Shown: one piece after another, positions 22,005 to 31,807 of the stretch
Layout of the letters: every line of letters begins with the position of its first letter
Numbering within the stretch: the stretch's first letter is position 1
DNA from: an uncultured Acidobacteriota bacterium
Lineage (GTDB): Bacteria; Acidobacteriota; Terriglobia; UBA7540
Assembly (NCBI GenBank): GCA_963804995.1
Contig: CAWDSK010000002.1
Span: 384,001 to 448,000, forward strand
Direction of reading: 5' to 3'
Length of the DNA: 64,000 bases
The notes under the pieces: model-generated
Told to the model about the DNA's origin: nothing
Databases searched by the model: none
What the model saw: the letters and a program-made list of their open reading frames with translations, nothing else
Program-made: the position numbers and the translations under genes

Positions 22005-24696
22005 CTACCGTGCGCCCCCTCCCGATCTCACCGCTACCCCCGAACTGCTGTAACTTCGCACCACCAGTGCCCCCTCCGACCAATCAACGGTTGTGGCGCC
22101 ATCGATATCGGTGCGCAGAACCCTTACCCCGGCGTTTCGCAATAATTCCAGCGTCTCGGGGTTCGGCAAATTCCTGCCGCCCCCGGCCTCGGCGCTGATG
22201 ATGGCGACGCGGGGCGCGACGCGGGCAATGAACTCCGGACTGGAAGATGACTTTGAGCCGTGGTGAGCCACTTTGAGCACTTGACTATCCAGTGGCGCCC
22301 CTGACCGAAGGAGCTGTCTTTCCATATTTCGGCCTGCATCGCCTGGCAGCAAGAAGCATATACCGCCTGCACTGATCCGCATGACCAGCGAGTTGTCGTT
22401 GGCTGGAGTTCGCGCCAGAGGCCGCTGCCGGGCCGGCCACCACACCTCAATCGAAGCCCCCCCACGGGAAATTGTGTCCCCTGCGTAGAGAGTTCGCATG
22501 GGGATTCCGCGTTTCAAGATCTTTTCCAGGAGTGCCGCCGAGGTCTCCGGATTCTGAGCGTGCCAGAATTCACCCACGTGGAAGTTCTCCAGAATAGCGC
22601 CGAGCCCACCCCGGTAGTCTTCATGGGCGTGGCTCAGTACCACTACGTCGATCTTCTTGATGCCCCGCGACCACAGATAGGGTGAAACGATATCCTCGCC
22701 GGGATCCCAACGGCGGCCCTGGGATGCGCCATCGTGTGCGCCCCGCGTACGGCTGCCTCCAGCATCCACCAGCATCGTGGTCTGGTCGGGAAGCACCAGG
22801 AAAAGCGCGTCACCTTGGCCGCAGTTCGAGCGCCGTAAGTTCCAGAGTGCCGTGCGGTAGGCAAGGCGCAAAAGGGTGAAGGGCCACAAGAACCACAAAA
22901 ACCCCCGCCGTCGCAAACGCTGGGACCACGGCCCGCTGAGCAAACCTCAGGGCCCAGGCCGCCAGGACAAACGCCGCACAGAATCCCCACGCCACCCACG
23001 GTGGGGGCTCGGGCACTCGGTAGGAGAGCCATGCCGCGAGTCCGGGCACATGGGTCAAGCCGAAAAGCACCGCCATCACCAGGCTCAGCACCTTGGCAGG
23101 CCAAACTGCAAGTGCCGGAGCTATGACGCTCAGCAGATTGATCGGCAGGGCAAGCGCCAAAAGCAGTGTCATCACGGGAATCGCCAGAGCATTCAGTCCC
23201 ACTCCTGCAAACGTCACGCGGTGGAAGGTCTCAACCATGGGCAGCAGCAAGCCCAGTTGCAGGACGGCGGAAAACACCAGGATGTTGGCGGTCCAAACCA
23301 AAACCCTGGCGGGCGCGACCACCAGGTTGCGAGTTAAGTCGGGATAGCGAGCGAGGAAACGGGCGCGGCGCAGGAGGTGAACCAAGGCTCGCAGATCAAG
23401 CCGCGTCTGGGCCAGGCGAGGCACAAAGCGGTCATCGAGCAACACATCATCCAGCCGATGGAGGGCCCTCCGATAAGGTTCAGTTGAGCGCGCGAGCAGG
23501 GGGACCGCCACACCCACAATCAGCAGCGCCGCAGCGAAGGAGAGTTGGAATCCCGACTCGAACAGCCACGACGGGCGAATATAGAGAAGGATGAGCGCCA
23601 CGCCACCGATGGCGTTCAGAGCGGAATGGTTCCTATCGAGAATGCGCGCCACCAGATAAAGGGCGATCATCAGCGTGGCACGCAGGGTGGGGGCACGCTG
23701 CTCAACCAGCATGGAGTAGCCCGCCAGGAAAGCGAGCACGATTACAGACTTCGTCGTGGGGGTTAAACGCCACAGCCGAAGCAGGAATCCCAAAAGCAGA
23801 GTGAGCAAGCCCACGTGGAGGCCGGCAATCACCAGTAAGTGGTAGAGGCCCGTCTTGCGAAAATCGTCGATGGTGTCGGAATCGAGCGAGGTCCGGTCAC
23901 CCCAGAGCACCGCCTTCAGCACCGCGCCATAGCGGCCCTCGGCCGACCAGGGAGGGTAGAGATCATCGATTCCGCGCAGCAAGCGTTGCCGCACGCGCTC
24001 GAGGCACACGGTCAGCCGGAAGCCCTGTGGCCCTTCCACCTTCTCCATCAGCCGCGGGTCCTTGACGGTGCCGACCCAGTAAATGTCCTGGATGTCTTCC
24101 ATCCAGCGGCGAAAATCAAAGCTGCCCGGGTTTTGATAGACGTGCGGTTTGCGCAGGTAGGCGACGGTCCGGATCGTGTCGCCGAACTGGAGTTCCACAG
24201 GTTCAGTGGCGCCTGCGGCTCCGAAACCCGACGAGCCCGCGACGCGCAGACGGATTTTCCCCTTTACAGTGTAAGTCCTCGAGCCACTTTCGATCTGTTG
24301 GGTTTCGATGTCAAATTGCAACCCGTAGCCGGTGCGCGAGGGAGTGGAAATCAACCGACCTTCCAGGCGCACCGGGTCGCGCAGGTCAACGCCCAGAGAT
24401 TCGAGGTGCGAGACATGATGCAGAGGGAAGCGACGCTCCCAGAGACGCCCGGAGGCTACACCAGTGGCCAGCAGGCTCGCAAGCGCCAGCCCGACGGCCG
24501 TGCGTTGCCAGTCCGCACGCAGCAGGATGAGTCCGACGAGAATCGAGAGCCCTGAGCCCGCCAGAAACCATGTGACCCCCACTGTGGCGTGGAAGGAATG
24601 GGCCCACACAATCCCTAAAGCAAAACTCACCGCCAGCGCCGCCAGCGGGGCCGTGAGGGTCCCCCGAGTCTGGGTGTTAGGCAGATGGTCAGGCAA
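22005..24696 (-). CDS. comEC: ComEC/Rec2 competence protein with metallo-beta-lactamase domain, frameshift near 22825
   Basis: NPGSFDF, TGLYHLLVIAGLHVG, GFQLSF; then GQGDA, SHAHED, LKVAHHGSKSS, RTD..G. Confidence 0.92.
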
Positions 24697-24889
24697 CAGA
24701 TCTCACCTTTAACTTAAACTACGGTTCCGTTCCAAACCGGAACCGCTGGTTCCAGATCGGTCCGAGCTTCCCTTCGTAGATCAAACTACGGGCCCTGGGG
24801 GCTCCGCAAGTCACTCATTTAAAGCAGGTTGACGGATGGGGACAGTGCCCTAATCTCGCGTGCACTCGTCGTCCGTCCAGGAGGGTTAA

Positions 24890-26191
24890 TCAGGCACGTT
24901 CGCGGCCACGGCGCGACAGCCGGGCGAGGGATTCAATGTGGTAGGTTTGAGGGAAGAAATCGAACATTTCGAGGGCGTCCAAGTGGTAGCCCTGCTGAAC
25001 CAAAAAGGCGAGGTCGCGGGCCAGGGTGGGAGGGCTGCACGATACATAGTGGAGGCGCTTAGGTCGCAAGGCCATGAGTAGTCTTAAAGTTTCGACACCT
25101 ACGCCCGCGCGGGGCGGGTCCATCACCACCAGGTCTGGTTCCGACTGGGCGCAGCGGCGCAAGAAATCGAAGGCCGTCTCGGCCACGGACCGAATCTTTT
25201 TGCCGGTCACGGCTCGAGCGTTTGCCGCAAGATCAGCCGCCGCCTGGGGATGCGACTCGACGGCGGTGACTTGCTCAAACCGTTGCGCGAGCGGCAACGT
25301 GAACAGGCCCACACCTGCGAAGAGGTCAAACGCCACCGCGCCGGTTTCTTCGCCCGTGACCGCGGCCACAAGTTCAAACAGCAGGAAGCGTGAGCTCTGG
25401 AAGAAGGATGCGGGGCTTACGCGGTAGGCGAATTCTCGAACGCGGTACGTAAAATACGGCTCACCGAAAACCTGTACGCCTGAACCCGGCGCGATTGCTA
25501 CGCTCACGACACCCGGCAATTTCGCCAGGCACTCGCGGGCGAGCGTCTCGGCCTCCTGGGGATTCGAGCTTCCGCCGAGCGTGAGCATCACCTTTTCGTC
25601 GCGGTCATCGGCCAGGAGGTCGACCTCGCGGCAGTTGGCCAACGGCTTCGCCCAAGTTTGACCGCGCAAATCCGCCAGCAGAATGTTCAATCGTGGGGAA
25701 AGTAGCGGGCAACGATCGATCGAAACCAGCCGGTTTGATTCCGCCTCAAAAAATCCCAATTCCGGGGCGCCCTCCGGCGACCGTCCGACTTTCAATTGCG
25801 CCTGGTTGCGATAATTCCACGCCGGCCCGGAGTGCACAGGAATCTCGGCTTCCCAGTCAACGCGCCCCAGTCGTCGTAGTGACTCGCGCAGGATTTCTAC
25901 TTTCGCTTTTGCCTGACTTTCGGGCGCGAGGTGCTGATACTGGCAGCCACCACAGCGGCCAAAGTAGGGGCATGGAGCTTTCACGCGCTCGGGGGACGGG
26001 GCGAGAATCCGCAGCGGCCGCGCGTGCACCACGGCTTTCTGGGTGCGAACTTCTTCCACCTCGGCGCGCTCCCCGGGCAAGACAAGCGGGGCCAGCACCG
26101 TGCGCCCGGCGTGGTAGCCCAGCGCCTCGCCGCCGTAGACCAGCTTGACCGGTGAGAATTCAAAAGGTGGAGAAGATTCCCTGGCTGTCAC
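24890..26191 (-). CDS. rlmD: 23S rRNA (uracil-5)-methyltransferase, RlmD/TrmA family
   Basis: TRAM-like N-terminus, CPYFGRCGGC, SFFQ, DLFAGVG, DPPRAG, YVSC.P.TLARD, FDFFPQTYHIE. Confidence 0.93.
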   Translation of the reverse strand: MTARESSPPFEFSPVKLVYGGEALGYHAGRTVLAPLVLPGERAEVEEVRTQKAVVHARPLRILAPSPERVKAPCPYFGRCGGCQYQHLAPESQAKAKVEILRESLRRLGRVDWEAEIPVHSGPAWNYRNQAQLKVGRSPEGAPELGFFEAESNRLVSIDRCPLLSPRLNILLADLRGQTWAKPLANCREVDLLADDRDEKVMLTLGGSSNPQEAETLARECLAKLPGVVSVAIAPGSGVQVFGEPYFTYRVREFAYRVSPASFFQSSRFLLFELVAAVTGEETGAVAFDLFAGVGLFTLPLAQRFEQVTAVESHPQAAADLAANARAVTGKKIRSVAETAFDFLRRCAQSEPDLVVMDPPRAGVGVETLRLLMALRPKRLHYVSCSPPTLARDLAFLVQQGYHLDALEMFDFFPQTYHIESLARLSRRGRERA

Positions 26192-26405
26192 ATTACATCC
26201 TCTATGCCATTATGCTATGGCCAATGAGTGTCCTGAGTCAGAAGTTCGCTGACAAAGTCTCACTGGGTTCAAAGGGGACCCCCTCACCCGTCCCGCCCCG
26301 GCTGATGAAAACGCCGGCGGCGGGCCACCCTCTCCCCCAAGGGGGCGAGGGCAGTAAATTCAAATGAACTCCCCCCTCGCCCCCTTGGGGGAGAGGGGCC
26401 GGGGG

Positions 26406-27795
26406 CATATGCGCTAGAATAAGAAATTGACTTATTCTGCTGCTGATGTATGCTTCTGGCATGAACAAGAATCTAATGGATACCGACTGGAAGTATCTAT
26501 GCCAGTATTTGCCAGCCAATATGAGTGAGTTGGCTAAGCGCAGTGGAGCCGTGGCGCGATGGCGCAACCTTAAGAGCGGTGAGGAGTTATTGAGAGTTAT
26601 TCTAGCATATGCCATCGAAGACCTCTCTTTGCGGAGCACGGCGGCTTGGTCCGCCCAGGCGGCTCTGGAGCTCAAGGACACCTCTATCCTGCATCGTTTG
26701 CGCAAGGCTCCTCCTCTGCTGGAGCGAGTCTTGGCGCATCTGCTGACGCAGCGACTGCGGGCCGAGCCTGCCCCGGGGCCAGCCTTTCGGATCCTCAACG
26801 CCACCGTGCTGAGCATCCCCGGCAGCCAAGGAACGGATTGGCGTTTGCATGCCGTCTATGATCCCGCCCAGTGTCGTCTCCGACGGGTGGAGATTACCGA
26901 CCACCAGGGCGGCGAGCGCTTGGATCGCGACCGCCCGCAGCCGGGGGACATTGTCTGCGGGGACCGGGGATTGGCGCGCGCCCAAGGTATTCATGCGGTG
27001 AGCGAAGCCGGAGCCTATGTTCTGCTGCGCATGCATTGGCAGAATATTCGGCTGCACGACGCCCAGGGACAGCCTCTGAATCTGAACCAGACCTTGAAAA
27101 GGGCGGACGCTGGAGATACGGGGACCGTTGCATATGTCCCCCTTTCGGGTAAAGCCCCTGCTCCGGTGCGACTGCTGATTCGCCCTCTGCCCAGCGAAGC
27201 AGCCCACCGCAGCCGTCAGCGCTTGCGCCGCAATGCCGCCAAAAAAGGCCGCACCCCGCAGGCCACCGCCTTGCGTCTGGCCGGCTATTTCTGTGTGCTG
27301 ACCACTTTGCCGGAAGCCCTCGCCAGTGACAACGTGGTCCTGGAACTCTACCGCATCCGCTGGCAGATTGAGCTGTTCTTTAAACGCTGCAAAGGCCTCT
27401 TGCATTTTGATCAGCTCCGCGCCTTCGACCCCGGCTTGGTGCGCACCTACTGTCTGGCCAAGTTGATTGAGGTGGCCCTGATTCAGTGTTTGCATGAGGA
27501 GGCCGTTTCTATTTCCCCCTGGGGAGTTCCCCGCTGCCGGAGCGTCGCGGCTTAGCCTGTGGCGATGGGTGCATCTGCACCATTTGGATTTGATCCTGGC
27601 CATTTACGGGACCTTCTCCTTGCGGGTTAAACAACATCGCTGGCCCCTGGCGCGTCAGGCTTTAACCGAGGCACCTCGAAAACGAATCTACGATCGAGAA
27701 AAATTCCGGCACCCGCTCTCGCTCCTTATGAACCGCCTCCTCCACGCGCAACAACTTCGCCTAGGAGCATCGAATGAGCTATTCTAGCGCCTATG
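26406..27795 (+). mobile_element. IS4-family insertion sequence (1390 bp)
   Basis: TIRs CATATGCGCTAGAATA / TATTCTAGCGCCTATG (15/16); 11-bp target duplication GGGGCCGGGGG at 26395-26405 and 27796-27806. Confidence 0.93.
26446..27555 (+). CDS. IS4-family DDE transposase
   Basis: GDRG (N3 Asp) and Y(2)R(3)E(6)K signature LYRIRWQIELFFKRCK. The first acidic position reads N (RILNAT). Confidence 0.9.
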   Translation: MYASGMNKNLMDTDWKYLCQYLPANMSELAKRSGAVARWRNLKSGEELLRVILAYAIEDLSLRSTAAWSAQAALELKDTSILHRLRKAPPLLERVLAHLLTQRLRAEPAPGPAFRILNATVLSIPGSQGTDWRLHAVYDPAQCRLRRVEITDHQGGERLDRDRPQPGDIVCGDRGLARAQGIHAVSEAGAYVLLRMHWQNIRLHDAQGQPLNLNQTLKRADAGDTGTVAYVPLSGKAPAPVRLLIRPLPSEAAHRSRQRLRRNAAKKGRTPQATALRLAGYFCVLTTLPEALASDNVVLELYRIRWQIELFFKRCKGLLHFDQLRAFDPGLVRTYCLAKLIEVALIQCLHEEAVSISPWGVPRCRSVAA

Positions 27796-27920
27796 GGGGC
27801 CGGGGGTGAGGGGGTTTTCCAATAATCAGCGAACTTCTGACTCAGGACATGAGCAGGGAGTGGCTTTTGCCCTGCTTGTCAACTTTTGACAACCGTTGAT
27901 AATCGCGGTAAGCTCTGCGT

Positions 27921-28181
27921 ATGAATGCCAATCTGGGTCCAGTTCTCGAACAGTTCGTGACGGAGCTTCTCGAAACCGGCCTCTACCAGTCGCAAAGCGA
28001 AATCATCCGCGAGGGCTTGCGCCTACTGAAAGAACGCGAGGAACTGAAGAAGCTTCGTTTGGATGACTTTCGCAAGGAAATAGCTCTGGGAATTCAGCAG
28101 GCCGACCGGCGCGAGTTCGTGGACGGTCCCCGGACCTTCCAGCAAATTCGCCGGCGCCGTACCCAGCGGCGCAGTTCATGA
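27921..28181 (+). CDS. ParD-family (RHH/CopG) antitoxin, apparently orphan
   Basis: G.YQSQSEIIREGLRLL.ERE...L......I..G..QAD pattern; no intact toxin follows. Confidence 0.85.
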   Translation: MNANLGPVLEQFVTELLETGLYQSQSEIIREGLRLLKEREELKKLRLDDFRKEIALGIQQADRREFVDGPRTFQQIRRRRTQRRSS

Positions 28182-28187
28182 CCCCCT

Positions 28188-28901
28188 TCACAAATAGAAC
28201 AGACTCAAGCGCGGAATCTTGTAATGCTCGAGCAATCGGTTCTTCAGGAATCGCCGTTCGAGCGATTCAACCTCGGGATTCGACATCTTGCGGCGATACG
28301 GGGTGAGGCTGCGATCCACTTCCGCGCGGAATTGCGCCAGCAGTTCGACGGCGGTCGCCCGCAACAACGAGGCCGTTACCTTCTCTTCGAGGGCGGTCAG
28401 GTTCCGTTCCATTTCTTCGAGGTCACCGCTAGGCTGGGCTGCAGCGCGCGCGCCAAACTCCTGCAAATTGGCGGCAGCGGCGGCCAATTCTCCGGCCAGA
28501 ACCTCGTGCCCAGTCTCCCGCGCCTGCCGGGCGGCATTCTCAACGGCCCCCGCCGAGCGGGTGAGAAACCGCGAAATTTCCTCCGCTGAAAATGGCGCTT
28601 GCGGCTCAGCCGCCGCCTGGCGTGTTCCGCCCTCGGTCGCGGCGGTGCGGGCTTCCTCAACGGCGCGGAACACCTCCTGCGAGCAGTACGCCAAACTATT
28701 CACTTTGCGATAGCTGCGCTTGCCAGCCCTAAATTTTGCGAAGGAGCGCTCGATGCCGGCCAGCACCGCTGCCAGTGGAAACCCCTGTTCCTTCCACGAT
28801 TCGATGAGCGCCCAATCGAGCGGCGAGAGAAGCGTCGGCTCGGAGCGGCACTTGCGGAACTGCTCCTCAATCTCGGTGAAGTAGTTGAAGTAGTTTTCCA
28901 C
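28188..28901 (-). CDS. Hypothetical protein with a DnaD-like N-terminal pattern
   Basis: GTG start at ENYFNYFTEIEE; LLSPLDWALIESW...G.P...V..GI.....VNSLAYC; ends IPRLSLFYL. Follows coaX on the same strand. Confidence 0.7.
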   Translation of the reverse strand: MENYFNYFTEIEEQFRKCRSEPTLLSPLDWALIESWKEQGFPLAAVLAGIERSFAKFRAGKRSYRKVNSLAYCSQEVFRAVEEARTAATEGGTRQAAAEPQAPFSAEEISRFLTRSAGAVENAARQARETGHEVLAGELAAAAANLQEFGARAAAQPSGDLEEMERNLTALEEKVTASLLRATAVELLAQFRAEVDRSLTPYRRKMSNPEVESLERRFLKNRLLEHYKIPRLSLFYL

Positions 28902-28929
28902 GGGCAGATCCAAGTTTCGGGAAAGGACG

Positions 28930-29000
28930 AAACTCGAAAATCGAAATTCGAAAATCGCGAGCCGTGTGCCGAATTTCGAGTTTCGAATTTCGAGTTTCAA
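28930..29000. repeat. Heptamer repeat (TCGAAAW)n with an inverted counterpart
   Basis: CTCGAAAATCGAAATTCGAAAATCG ... CGAATTTCGAGTTTCGAATTTCGAGTTTC. Confidence 0.8.
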
Positions 29001-29016
29001 CTCTGACGCCTACGGC

Positions 29017-29817
29017 CTACTTCCGCCGCGTCGAAGACTGATTGCGCTCGTAGATAATGCGCAGACCGTCGAGCGTCAGAGAAGAGTCAATGGGGGGGCG
29101 GTACTTGGAAGCTCCTGCCACGAGCACCGCCTGCCCGCCCGTGGCGATCACCTTGGTCTGCTTGCCGAGTTCCGCGCACAGCCGGTCCAGGATGCCATCC
29201 ACGGCCGCCACCGCGCCATAGAACAGCCCGGACTGCAAGCTGTTGACCGTGTTCGTGCCAATCACCCGGTCAGGCTCGCGGATTTCCACACGCGGCAGCT
29301 TGGCGGTACGTTCAAAGAGCGCCTCTGCGGCGATCCCGATTCCCGGCGCAATGACCCCGCCCAGATACTCGCCCCGCTTCGAAATTGCGTCGAAGGTGAT
29401 GGCGGTTCCGAAATCCACCACGATGCAGGGCCCGCCATATTTCTCAAAGGCCGCGACGGCGTCCGCGATGCGGTCCGCGCCCACTTCCTGCGGGGTTTCG
29501 ACCAGGATGGCCATGCCGGTGCGGGTTCCTGGCCCTAGAAACGTGGGCTCGATCTTGAAATACTTTCGGGCCATTTCCCCCAGCACGAAGTTAAGTGGCG
29601 GCACAACGCTGGCAATCATGATGCCGGTAATTTCGCGGATGGGAAGCTCGCCCAAAGTGAAGAGGTTGTGAACCAGGATGCCATACTCGTCGGCCGTCTG
29701 CTCTTGGCTGGTGGCGAGGCGCCATTGCGCGCGCAAGTCAGAGCCCTGGTACACACCCAGCACAGTGTTGGTGTTTCCTACGTCGATTACCAAAAGGTTG
29801 GGATTTGCGTTTTCCAT
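29017..29817 (-). CDS. coaX: Type III pantothenate kinase
   Basis: IDVGNTNT, SVVP, GADR, VDFGTA.T.D, GGVIAPG, ATGG. Confidence 0.96.
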   Translation of the reverse strand: MENANPNLLVIDVGNTNTVLGVYQGSDLRAQWRLATSQEQTADEYGILVHNLFTLGELPIREITGIMIASVVPPLNFVLGEMARKYFKIEPTFLGPGTRTGMAILVETPQEVGADRIADAVAAFEKYGGPCIVVDFGTAITFDAISKRGEYLGGVIAPGIGIAAEALFERTAKLPRVEIREPDRVIGTNTVNSLQSGLFYGAVAAVDGILDRLCAELGKQTKVIATGGQAVLVAGASKYRPPIDSSLTLDGLRIIYERNQSSTRRK

Positions 29818-29818
29818 G

Positions 29819-30811
29819 TTATTTCACTTCCACTACCTCCCCCGCCACAAGCGACCCTTCGCGGCCGTTTTCATCGCGCACGCGCAACGCTCCGCTGGGG
29901 TCAATGCCCGCGGTTTCGGCCAGCCTCTCGCCGCCTGCGGTGACCACCCGTACCCGCTTTCCATAGGCGTAAGTTGAAGCCGCTGCCCAGCGTTCCGTGA
30001 TGGCGGTATTGCCGTCCCTGAGCAGCAGGTGATAGTGCCGGTCCAGTTCCCGCAAGAGCGCCACCAGCAAGGGCACGCGCGAAAAAGTTCGATGCGCTTC
30101 GAGACGCAGGGAGCTCGCGGTCGCCCGCAGGTCCGCGGGCATCTGGCTATGATTCACATTCAACCCGATGCCGAGCACCACCGCGTGCAGGCGGTCGAGT
30201 TCCGCGTTCATCTCGGTCAGGATTCCGCACACCTTCTTGCCGTTCACCAGCAGATCGTTCGGCCAGCGGATGTCCACAGCAAGGCCGGTGGTGGAACTCA
30301 CCGCCTGCTGGGCCGCCACGCCCGCCATCAATGTCAGCACCGGGGCTGTGGCGGGGGAAAGGGGCGGCCGCAAAATCACAGACGTATAAATACCACTCAA
30401 CTTTTCCGAGTACCAGGTGCGCCCCAAGCGGCCACGCCCGGCGGTTTGCTCCTCTGCCACGACCACCGTTCCGTGCGCGGCGCCCTGAGCGGCAAGCGCC
30501 ATGGCCACATCATTGGTCGATTCAGTTCGGAAATAATGAACGATGCTGTGGCCGATGACGTGATCGCCCAACTCCGGGCGCAACAGGCTGGGCACAAGAA
30601 TGTCGGGAACCGTTACCAGTTGATAGCCCGTGGATCGCAGCCCCCGGATTTCCATGCCCAGCGCGCGCAGCTTCTCAATCCACTGCCACACGGTGGAGCG
30701 CGGAACGCCAATCTCCGCGGCGATCTTGGGGCCCGGCACGACCACCATAGCGTTCTTCACCAGCAGGTGAATCAGCTTGTCGATTTTGCGATCGGTGCTT
30801 CCGGGGGCCAT
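29819..30811 (-). CDS. birA: Bifunctional biotin-protein ligase/repressor
   Basis: N-terminal HTH (IAAEIGV.RSTVWQWIEKLR), STND, QTAGRGRLGR.W, WPND, KVCGILTE, GIGLN. Confidence 0.95.
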   Translation of the reverse strand: MAPGSTDRKIDKLIHLLVKNAMVVVPGPKIAAEIGVPRSTVWQWIEKLRALGMEIRGLRSTGYQLVTVPDILVPSLLRPELGDHVIGHSIVHYFRTESTNDVAMALAAQGAAHGTVVVAEEQTAGRGRLGRTWYSEKLSGIYTSVILRPPLSPATAPVLTLMAGVAAQQAVSSTTGLAVDIRWPNDLLVNGKKVCGILTEMNAELDRLHAVVLGIGLNVNHSQMPADLRATASSLRLEAHRTFSRVPLLVALLRELDRHYHLLLRDGNTAITERWAAASTYAYGKRVRVVTAGGERLAETAGIDPSGALRVRDENGREGSLVAGEVVEVK

Positions 30812-30920
30812 GTACTTATTCTGCTCCTGGTCATCCAAGGCCGTTCAAACCGAAAGGCGGTCATCAACAAACTTGGTTAAGACGCCGCACAGGGAATCAC
30901 TTCTCAATTTGTTTCTGGCT

Positions 30921-31094
30921 GACCCCCTCACCCGTCCCGCCCCGGCTGATGAAAGCGCCGGCGGCGGTCCACCCTCTCCCCCAAGGGGGCGAGGGCAGTA
31001 AATTCAAATGAACTCCCCCCTCGCCCCCTTGGGTGAGGGGGCCGGGGGTGAGGGGGTTTTCCAATAATCAGCGAACTTCTGACTCATGGCACTA
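30921..31094. repeat. Uninterrupted copy of the palindromic repeat hit by IS4
   Basis: Near-identical to 26277-26405 plus 27807-27844, with a single GGGGCCGGGGG. Confidence 0.9.
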
Positions 31095-31337
31095 GTCTCG
31101 TGCGTCACAGATATGGGTACTTGTAGCGCCGACCTTCAGAGCCTGCCCTGAGTGAAACGAAGGGTCGGCAGGCGCTGAGCTAAAGCTCTGCGCTCTGGAG
31201 TTTATACATTTTTCGTGCGGTGCGCACCTATTTCGCTTAGGGCTCAGTCTAGAAGGCACGTCGCCGCTCAGGCTGCTTGCCGATTCGCGTTTAAGGCGGG
31301 CCGTGAGTGTTTGAGGTTTGCGGGTATTGGAAACGAA

Positions 31338-31590
31338 GAGCTGATAGCCCCCGATGTGAAAATTGCAGACGTTTTCGGGAACGCCCTCGAACCACCGCTT
31401 TGGGTTAATGAGCACTCTGTTTCTGCGCGACGCGCTTTGGACTGCGGTCGCGAAGCTGCCGCTTTAACCCTTCGGTGTGAGCGACAATTTCTGAAAGAAG
31501 ATGGAAAATTATCAAGGCAAAAGCGGCAGCTTCGCGACCGCAGTCCAAAACGCCTTCGGCGAGTTCACGACAATTCCATCCCTGCCGTAA
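31338..31590 (-). mobile_element. RAYT-less derivative of the 11.26-12.33 kb element (left flank + REP doublet + Type ISP fragment)
   Basis: The reverse complement aligns first to 11259-11326 and then to 12097-12303. It translates VLINPKRWFEGVPENVCNFHIGGYQL. Confidence 0.85.
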
Positions 31591-31595
31591 ACGTT

Positions 31596-31707
31596 GGCAG
31601 GCTGGCGCATGGCGAGCCCAGCCATGCGATTTCGTGCAGATCAAGCAGGCCGGCAGGCTGGCGCAGAGTGAGCGCAACTCTGCGATTCTGTGCAGATCAA
31701 GCCAGCC
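31596..31707. repeat. Tandem 2 x 56-bp repeat with a covarying hairpin
   Basis: Units 31596-31651 and 31652-31707; stems CGCATGGC/GCCATGCG versus CGCAGAGT/ACTCTGCG. Confidence 0.85.
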
Positions 31708-31807
31708 GGTCCATGGTCAAGACGGACGAATCGTTCCGATAACAAAATCAGGAGCTGGACGTGGCCGGGCTTGTAATAGCATCTGTAGGTCGGGAACCTC
31801 GGGGGGA

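Larger units (their letters stand above)
26229..27849. repeat. Palindromic MITE-like repeat interrupted by IS4
   Basis: Perfect 24-bp outer inverted repeat TGTCCTGAGTCAGAAGTTCGCTGA (26229-26252 / 27826-27849). The internal CCCCTCACCC...GGGTGAGGGG hairpins match the uninterrupted copy at 30921-31086. Confidence 0.85.

Noticed and set aside
26602..27603. 333-aa antisense ORF in IS4, and similar long antisense ORFs (e.g. 50597-51907, 62146-63195, 33457-34479)
   Set aside because: These are shadow ORFs of high-GC coding strands with no recognisable motifs.
28902..29000. N-terminal extension MKLEIRNSKF... of the hypothetical protein
   Set aside because: It is a translation of a heptamer tandem repeat.
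31596..31707. NAD+-I (nadA motif) tandem riboswitch or hammerhead ribozyme
   Set aside because: It lies downstream of nadC, does not match the recalled nadA aptamer core, and has no CUGAUGA/GAAA core.
31092..31742. ORFs in the nadC-birA spacer as real genes
   Set aside because: They are translations of REP/MITE sequence; only the short Type ISP remnant is protein-like.
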